Shown piece by piece: positions 1-5,249 of a stretch of 24,000 nt of DNA (within the stretch, counting starts at the first letter, position 1; the number at the start of each line of letters is the position of its first letter). Location: positions 65,074-89,073 of the forward strand of contig CAVWIH010000011.1 in assembly GCA_963755025.1 (NCBI GenBank). The letters are read 5' to 3'. Made by a program: the position numbers and the translations under genes. The DNA comes from an uncultured Actinomycetes bacterium. Its GTDB lineage: Bacteria > Actinomycetota > Thermoleophilia > UBA2241. Under the pieces are notes generated by a model. It was not told where the DNA came from and searched no databases. It worked only from the letters and a program-made list of their open reading frames with translations.

Positions 1-265
1 CCTTGGCGGGCACGTCGGCGAACTTGATGGTGTTGTTGGGGGTGGTGAAGATCGCCTCGGAGAGGTCTTTACCGACCTTGTTGGAGTCGATGTCGATGGC
101 GGCGACGAACTCGATGTCCCTGATGTGGTAACCGCCCAGCACCGGATGCATGAGCCCCGGGACGAAGTCGTTCTTCTTGGCGTTCTTGTAGAACTCGACG
201 CCCTGGACGAACGACGACGCGCAGTTGCCCACACCGACGATGGCTACGCGAACCGGGTTAGTCAC
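1..265 (-). CDS. ino1: myo-inositol-1-phosphate synthase, N-terminal 88 codons (rest lies beyond the window start)
   Basis: Own minus-strand translation from GTG 265..263: [88 protein letters not shown]. The [12 protein letters not shown] start and following blocks match my memory of actinobacterial Ino1. A GGAGGGGAG Shine-Dalgarno (complement of 272..280) lies just upstream. Absent from the ORF track because it runs off the edge. Confidence 0.85.
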   Translation of the reverse strand, partial: MTNPVRVAIVGVGNCASSFVQGVEFYKNAKKNDFVPGLMHPVLGGYHIRDIEFVAAIDIDSNKVGKDLSEAIFTTPNNTIKFADVPAK

Positions 266-363
266 GTATGTCTCCCCTCCACTTTGCGACCGGCAGGACC
301 GACCGAGTGAAACGCGTTCGCGGCCGCAGGAAGCAGCCGCAGATAGTGCCGTGAACGCAGCGG

Positions 364-372
364 AGTATACCA
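364..372 (-). promoter_or_regulatory. candidate extended -10 promoter element for ino1
   Basis: Minus strand reads TGGTATACT (TGnTAnnnT pattern) about 95 nt upstream of the ino1 GTG, within the 185-nt gap after the upstream gene stop. No convincing -35. Pattern recognition only. Confidence 0.3.
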
Positions 373-450
373 CAGCGGGTCGCCGCGACCCCCGCCCCCC
401 GGCAGCCGCGCGCCGCCCCGCGGGGCCGCCGCGGACGCCGGCCGCGGTGC

Positions 451-1065
451 CTAGGCGGCCGCGCCGCCGCCGCTGCCGGCGAGCTGCCGGCGCACGTGCA
501 GGATGCGCTGCGCGACCGTGTAGGTCGTGAGGATGGCGATGGCCCACACCATGACCGTGAGCACGTGGTAGCGGGCGAACAGCAGGCCCACCATGAGCAG
601 CACCACGCGCTCGGGCCGCGAGGCGAGGCCGACCTTGCACTCGAGGCCCAGCGCCTCGGCCCGGGCGCGCGTGTAGGACACGAGGAACGACATCATGAGG
701 GCGATGAACACCGCCGCCAGGTCCCAGATGTGGCCGTTACGGGCGAACCAGATGCCGATGGCCATGAGCACGACGCCCTCTGAGAGGCGGTCGCTCGTCG
801 AGTCGAGAAAGGCGCCGAACGGCGTGACCTGCTCGGAGATACGCGCCACGGCGCCGTCGAGCATGTCGCAGACGCCGGCCAGCAGGAGCACGACGGCCGC
901 CCAGATGAAGTGGCCGCTCAGGATCAGCGGCACGGCGGCCACGTTGAGCACGAGGCCGCCCACGGTGAGCGCGTTGGGCGTGACGCGCCCGCCGCTCACC
1001 AGGCGCCCGGCAAGCGGCACGACCGCCCGGCGGACGCCGACGGTATAGGAGTCTTTGAGGCTCAC
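451..1065 (-). CDS. pgsA1: CDP-alcohol phosphatidyltransferase, phosphatidylinositol-phosphate synthase type
   Basis: C-terminal 204 codons of track ORF 451..1824, starting at in-frame GTG 1065..1063 ([10 protein letters not shown]...). Carries the CDP-alcohol signature [30 protein letters not shown] (D-x2-D-G-x2-A-R...G-x3-D-x3-D). Later blocks [12 protein letters not shown] and SRPERVV parallel mycobacterial PgsA1 as I recall it. Multi-pass hydrophobic; sits next to ino1. The ORF part upstream of 1065 overlaps the PAP2 gene in another frame and is Arg/Pro-rich junk. Confidence 0.8.
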   Translation of the reverse strand: MSLKDSYTVGVRRAVVPLAGRLVSGGRVTPNALTVGGLVLNVAAVPLILSGHFIWAAVVLLLAGVCDMLDGAVARISEQVTPFGAFLDSTSDRLSEGVVLMAIGIWFARNGHIWDLAAVFIALMMSFLVSYTRARAEALGLECKVGLASRPERVVLLMVGLLFARYHVLTVMVWAIAILTTYTVAQRILHVRRQLAGSGGGAAA

Positions 1066-1874
1066 GCCCCGCGGCGATCGTTCGAGTGGCGCGTAGACAC
1101 CGCGATGGCTTCGGGGACCGCCTGCGGCGCGATACCCCAGTTGGCGGCGAACGAGACGGCGAGCACCACCGCGCCGGCGATGGCGTCGAGCACGTAGTGG
1201 TTGCCGGTGATGATGATCGCCGAGAGCACGACGAGCGGGTAGACGAGCGCCAGCGCGCGCGCCAGGCGGTTGCTGGTGAGCAGGTAGACGGCCAGCGACA
1301 GGAACAGGGCGTAGCCGATGTGCAGGCTGGGGAACGCGGCGTACTGGTTGGTCACGAACGACATGATGCCGGAGCGGTAGCTGGTCGTGGAGTAGAGGTA
1401 GAGCGTGTCGACCACGCCGGAGGTGGGCACCAGGCGGGGCGGCGCCACCGGCAGCATGGCGAACATCGTGATGCCGAGCAGGTTCATGGTGAGGAACACG
1501 TTGCGAAAGAAGGCGAAGGTCTCGTGGCGGTACAGGTAGATCCACACCAGGATGAGCATGGTGGCCGGGATGTGCACGCTCGAGTAGAACCAGTCCATGA
1601 ACTCGACCAGCACGTGCACGTGGCTCGCCATGGTCTGGACGGCGGGCTCGACGTAGATGTGCATCGCCTTCTCGGCGCTGATGATGGCCAGGGCGTTGGC
1701 CATGGCCACCGCCTCGCGGCCGCGCACCAGCACGCGGGCGACGTCGTAGACCGCGTAGCAGGCGAGCAGGATGAGGAATTGCCGTAACGCGTCGCGGCCG
1801 CCCGCGGGCAGCGCTCCGCGCCACGAGCGTGTGAGCTCGAGCCCTGAATCACGCAGGTTGAGCTTGCGATTCAC
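1062..1874 (-). CDS. PAP2 / lipid-phosphate phosphatase-phosphotransferase superfamily membrane protein (Aur1/PAP2_C-like)
   Basis: Track ORF 1062..2048 trimmed to GTG 1874..1872 (VNRKLNLRDSG...), with AAGGGGAG 5 nt upstream; the longer ORF would run through the tRNA gene. About six hydrophobic spans. Motifs AFPSLHIGYA and TGNHYVLDAIAG supply the S-x-H and H-x3-D catalytic residues. Its stop overlaps the pgsA1 start (GTGA). Confidence 0.7.
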   Translation of the reverse strand: MNRKLNLRDSGLELTRSWRGALPAGGRDALRQFLILLACYAVYDVARVLVRGREAVAMANALAIISAEKAMHIYVEPAVQTMASHVHVLVEFMDWFYSSVHIPATMLILVWIYLYRHETFAFFRNVFLTMNLLGITMFAMLPVAPPRLVPTSGVVDTLYLYSTTSYRSGIMSFVTNQYAAFPSLHIGYALFLSLAVYLLTSNRLARALALVYPLVVLSAIIITGNHYVLDAIAGAVVLAVSFAANWGIAPQAVPEAIAVSTRHSNDRRGA

Positions 1875-1987
1875 ACGTCTCCCCTTCGATCCTTCGCCTT
1901 GCCGGCGACGACGGGCTGCTCGCCGCTCCTGGAGGCCGATACCGCCTCCGCCGAGGCTATCAGCTCCGCAAGGGTGGTCGAAAGTCC

Positions 1988-2063
1988 TGGTGGGCCGTGA
2001 AGGATTCGAACCTTCGACCTTGGGATTAAGAGTCCCCTGCTCTACCAACTAAGCTAACGGCCC
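1988..2063 (-). tRNA. tRNA-Lys: tRNA-Lys (anticodon CTT), 76 nt with encoded CCA
   Basis: Hand-folded minus-strand sequence: GGGCCGT TA GCTT AGTTGGTA GAGC A GGGGA CTCTTAA TCCCA AGGTC GAAGG TTCGAAT CCTTC ACGGCCC A CCA. It has a 7-bp acceptor stem, D and T arms, a GTTCGAATC T-loop, and anticodon loop CT-CTT-AA. Confidence 0.9.
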
Positions 2064-2123
2064 ACGACACGGTGCGATATCGTACCAGCCCGCCGGGCCC
2101 GGTACCAGCCCGTCCTTTCAGGT

Positions 2124-3317
2124 CTACCCTACAGAGCGAACTCGTGCTCGCCGGTCACGGGGTAGCCGGCGTCTTCGATCGCGGCCCGCACGGCCGCGAG
2201 ATCGCCGCCCGGCGTCAGGTACACGGCCACGCTCTTGGTGGCGACCTCGACCTCGACGCTGTCGACGCCCTCGAGCCCCGTCACGGCGCCCTCGATGGCC
2301 ATCTTGCAGTGGTTGCAGGAGACCTCGGGTACGTTCAGCACCACGTGCCTTGTCGCGGTCATGCGTCCTCCTCTGCGGCCGTGTCGCCGGCCGGCGTGTC
2401 GGCGACCGGCGGCTCGCCGGCCTGCGCTGCTTCGGCCGTCGTGCGCCTCGGTGAGCCGGCCCGACGCCGGCCTGGGCGCTTCGGTCGCCGCGCCAAGGCG
2501 CCTGAGCGGCCGTCACCGGCGTGTCGGGCACCAGGTCGGCCAGCCGGCAGGTGCACGCCCGCCCTTCGCCCAGGTCGACCGCGACGCTGTCGGCCGGGGC
2601 GAGGAGCTCAGTGACCTTTCCCCGGCCCGAGGGCGTCGTAACGAGTGCGCCCCGTCGCGGCGCGCGCTGCTTGAACGAGGTGTAGACGCCGTGCTCGTAC
2701 TTGAGGCAGCACATGAGGCGGCCGCAGCAGCCCGAGATCTTCGACGGGTTCAGCGGCAGGTTCTGGTCCTTGGCCATGCGGATCGACACGGGGTCCTGGT
2801 CGCCGCAGAAGCTGGCGCAGCACAGGCGGCGGCCGCAGGGGCCGTAGCCGCCGATCAGGCGCGCTTCGTCGCGCGACGACACCTGGCGCAGCTCGACGCG
2901 GCGCCCCATGCGATCGGAGAGCTGCGAGACCAGCTGCCGGGAATCGACCCGGTCCTCGGCCGAGAACGACACGGTCAGGCGGTTGCCGTCGAAGGTGCTC
3001 TCGGCGGACACGACCTTCATGCGCAGGCGCGCCTTGACGGCCAGCTCGCGGGTGAGCAGCACGACCTCGCGCTCGCGGGCGCAGTTCTCGGCGACTCGCT
3101 CGAGGTCGGCGGTGCGGGCGGCGCGCACGACACGGCGCAGGCCCTGGCGCGACTCGCCCTCGGCGAGCTCGCGCACGCCTTCGACGACACGCCCGAAGTC
3201 GGTGCCGCGGGTGGTCTCGACGACGACCTGGTCGCCGGCTGCGAGCTCGAGCACGCCGGCGTCGAAATGGTAGACCTTGCCGCCGTCACCAAAGACGACG
3301 CTGACGATCTTAGGCAC
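2124..3317 (-). CDS. PSP1 domain protein (YaaT/RicT-like); conserved part ends near 2520, rest of the open frame is suspect
   Basis: Track ORF 2124..3344. I prefer GTG 3317 (VPKIVSVVFGDGGKVYHFD, GGAGG 9 nt upstream) over TTG 3344. Cys-rich PSP1 core: GPCGRRLCCASFCGDQDPVSIRMAKDQNLPLNPSKISGCCGRLMCCLKYEH. After ...CRLADLVPDT, about 130 Arg-rich codons follow that overlap copZ in another frame on the same strand (see finding). Located downstream of holB, as in Bacillus holB-yaaT. Confidence 0.75.
   Translation of the reverse strand: MPKIVSVVFGDGGKVYHFDAGVLELAAGDQVVVETTRGTDFGRVVEGVRELAEGESRQGLRRVVRAARTADLERVAENCAREREVVLLTRELAVKARLRMKVVSAESTFDGNRLTVSFSAEDRVDSRQLVSQLSDRMGRRVELRQVSSRDEARLIGGYGPCGRRLCCASFCGDQDPVSIRMAKDQNLPLNPSKISGCCGRLMCCLKYEHGVYTSFKQRAPRRGALVTTPSGRGKVTELLAPADSVAVDLGEGRACTCRLADLVPDTPVTAAQAPWRGDRSAQAGVGPAHRGARRPKQRRPASRRSPTRRPATRPQRRTHDRDKARGAERTRGLLQPLQDGHRGRRDGARGRRQRRGRGRHQERGRVPDAGRRSRGRAGRDRRRRLPRDRRARVRSVG
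2129..2362 (-). CDS. copZ: heavy-metal-associated (HMA) domain copper chaperone
   Basis: 77-aa track ORF MTATRHVVLNVPEVSCNHCKMAIEGAVTGLEGVDSVEVEVATKSVAVYL.... It has the C-x2-C metal-binding loop in the HMA position and a beta-alpha-beta-beta-alpha-beta-like pattern. A strong GGAGG lies 5 nt upstream of ATG 2362. Confidence 0.8.
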   Translation of the reverse strand: MTATRHVVLNVPEVSCNHCKMAIEGAVTGLEGVDSVEVEVATKSVAVYLTPGGDLAAVRAAIEDAGYPVTGEHEFAL

Positions 3318-4426
3318 TTTCCCAGACCTCCTGGAAGCGGGCAAACATCGCCTGCAGAGCGAGCCTGCGATCGATGTTCAGGGACAGATCCTGGCGGGTG
3401 CGCCCGACGACCTCGAGCAGCCGGGCGCAGATGTCGGGCCGGGCGACGGCCGCGTGTTCGAGCTCCGCCAGCCGGTCGCGGTTTGAGACGGCGCCGGCGG
3501 CGCCGAGCCCCACGGCCCAGACGTCGCGCAGAAAGCTCGTGAGGTGGTCGAGTGCATCGAAGCGCGGCCAGGCGCGCCATGCGCGCCTGCTCGCGGCGCT
3601 GCAGGGCGTCGAGGCGCTTGGTGTGAAAGGCGCGCTCGCGGTCGTCGGGCACGGTGCGCTCGAGCTCGGCGCGGCGCAGGGCGAGCCCGGCTTCGACCTC
3701 GACTTGCGCGGCGGCCTCGGCGTTGCCGACCTCGTCGACGAAGGCGTGCTCGGCGTCGCGGTCGTGCAGGGCGATGCCGGCGGCGAGGTGCAGGTAGCGC
3801 TCGCGGTGCCGGGGGCCGCGCTCGTCGGCCACCAGGCGCAGGGCCCGGTCGAGCGAGCCGTGGGCCAGGCGTGCGACCACGGTGGCGCGCTCGGCGTCGA
3901 GGCTCTCGCGATCGGTCAGGAAGGCGGTGAGCTCGTCGTCGGCGACGGGCTCGAACTCGACCACCTGGCAGCGCGAGACGATGGTGGGCAGCACGCGCTC
4001 GAGCGAGTCGGACACGAGGATGAAGTGCACGTGCTCGGGCGGCTCTTCGAGGCTCTTGAGGAACGTGTTGGCGGCCTCGACGTTCATGCGCTCGGGCTCG
4101 ACGATCACCCACACGCGGTGGGTCGCGGCGAACGGCCTGAGGGCGAGGTCGGCGATGAGCTCGGCGATCTGCTCGATGCGTATGAACTCGCCCTCGCGCT
4201 CGATCACGACGAGGTCGGGGTGCACGCCGCGGGTGAGGCGCTCGCACTCGGCGCAGTGCCCGCAGCCGCCGCAGGCGGCCACCAGCGCGGCGCCGAGCTC
4301 GACGGCGAAGCGCTGCTTGCCGAGGCCCTCGGGGCCGGCCAGCAGGTAGGCGTGGCCGGCGCCGCGCGCCAGAGCGCCGGCGACGTAGGCCTTGGCGCGC
4401 GCCTGTCCGGGGATGTCAGCGAACAT
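3310..4426 (-). pseudogene. holB: DNA polymerase III delta-prime subunit, frame-disrupted as written (net +1 near 3559..3575)
   Basis: The N-terminal part starts at ATG 4426 in the frame of track ORF 3017..5122: MFADIPGQARAKAYV..LLAGPEGLGKQRFA..CGGCGHCAECERL..PTIVSRCQVVEF. The C-terminal part is in the frame of track ORF 3310..3513: FDALDHLTSFLRDVWAVGLGAAGAVSNRDRLAELEH...FQEVWESA*. After the switch point the first frame becomes Arg-rich junk running to 3017. Confidence 0.8.
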
Positions 4427-5249
4427 GCGGGCCTCGGGCGGCGAGCGGCGGGGCCGCGGCGGTCGGCGTCGGCGTTGCGGACGACGACGCCGCGGCCGAC
4501 GACGCTGCGGACGACGACGGTGCGGACGACGAAGCCGGCGACTCGGGCGCCGCCGGCAACGCCGCCAGGGCGGCCAGCGTGGCGCGCTCGACCTGGGCGG
4601 CGACCTGGTCGACCGCGAGCTCGCCGTCGAGCGCCACGATGCGCTCGGGGTAGCGCCGCACGAGCTCGTCGTAGCCGGCGGCCACGCGTTCCTGCAGGGC
4701 GAGGCCCTCGGCTTCGAGGCGATCGGGCGGCCCGCCGTGGCGCGCGGCCGCGCGGGCAGGGTTGACCCTGAGCAAGAGGGTGAGGTCGGGCAGCAGGGCG
4801 CCGGTCGCCTGCTCGCTGACCGCGAGCACGGCGTCGATGCCCAGGCCGCGGGCGAAGCCCTGGTAGGCGAGCGACGAGTCGATGTAGCGGTCGAGCACCA
4901 CGATGAGCCCCTGGTCGAGCGAGGGCCGCACGACCTGCGCGACGAGCTGGGCGCGCGCCGCCGCGTAAAGCAGCGCTTCGGTCCAGGGGGCGATGTCGGG
5001 GCAGCGGTGCAGCAGGACGTCGCGGATGGCTTCGCCGGTGGGCGTGCCGCCGGGCTCGCGCAGCGAGCCCCCCGGCACGCCCACCACGCCCACGGGCAGC
5101 CCGCGGGCGGCAAGGGCCGCACAGAGGCGTTCGACCTGGGTCGTCTTGCCCGACCGGTCGACGCCTTCGAGGGTCACGAAGAAGCCGCGCCCCGCGAGGC
5201 GGAGCGCTAGGTCGTGACCCGCTTCTTGTACTTCTCCTTGGTGGGACAA
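4416..5249 (-). CDS. tmk: thymidylate kinase with Ser/Ala/Pro-rich C-terminal tail; start codon uncertain
   Basis: Last part of track ORF 4416..6329: GRGFFVTLEGVDRSGKTTQVERL (P-loop), LDRYIDSSLAYQG, and LRVNPARAAARHGGPPDRLE (LID-like). No ATG or GTG lies just upstream of the P-loop strand. In-frame options are TTG 5249, GTG 5273 and GTG 5177; the last would delete strand 1. I list TTG 5249. The 3' end overlaps the holB ATG by 11 nt. Confidence 0.7.
   Translation of the reverse strand: MSHQGEVQEAGHDLALRLAGRGFFVTLEGVDRSGKTTQVERLCAALAARGLPVGVVGVPGGSLREPGGTPTGEAIRDVLLHRCPDIAPWTEALLYAAARAQLVAQVVRPSLDQGLIVVLDRYIDSSLAYQGFARGLGIDAVLAVSEQATGALLPDLTLLLRVNPARAAARHGGPPDRLEAEGLALQERVAAGYDELVRRYPERIVALDGELAVDQVAAQVERATLAALAALPAAPESPASSSAPSSSAASSAAASSSATPTPTAAAPPLAARGPHVR

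Noticed and set aside
266-450. GC-rich palindromes (for example gggtcgcggcgaccc and gccccgcggggc, read on the minus strand) between pgsA1 and ino1 as a terminator or attenuator.
   Set aside because: The stems are short, the loops minimal, and none is followed by a T-tract. Such palindromes occur by chance in this base composition. I kept only the -10 candidate, at low confidence.
1875-2128. tRNA-Lys as an integration site marking the inositol-lipid genes or copZ as a genomic island.
   Set aside because: There is no integrase or recombinase gene. I could see no second copy of the tRNA 3' end. Flanking genes have the same GC-rich codon style as the rest of the window.
2359-2556. Track ORF 2359..2556 as the true C-terminal tail of PSP1. 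It ends ...AGDTAAEEDA* in an ATGA overlap with the copZ start.
   Set aside because: Joining it to the PSP1 frame needs a -1/+2 change, unlike every other break in the window. Most of it is Arg/Pro-rich. The resulting protein would be much longer than typical PSP1 proteins. I cannot fully exclude it: the ATGA junction is suggestive, so read-level and homologue checks are needed.
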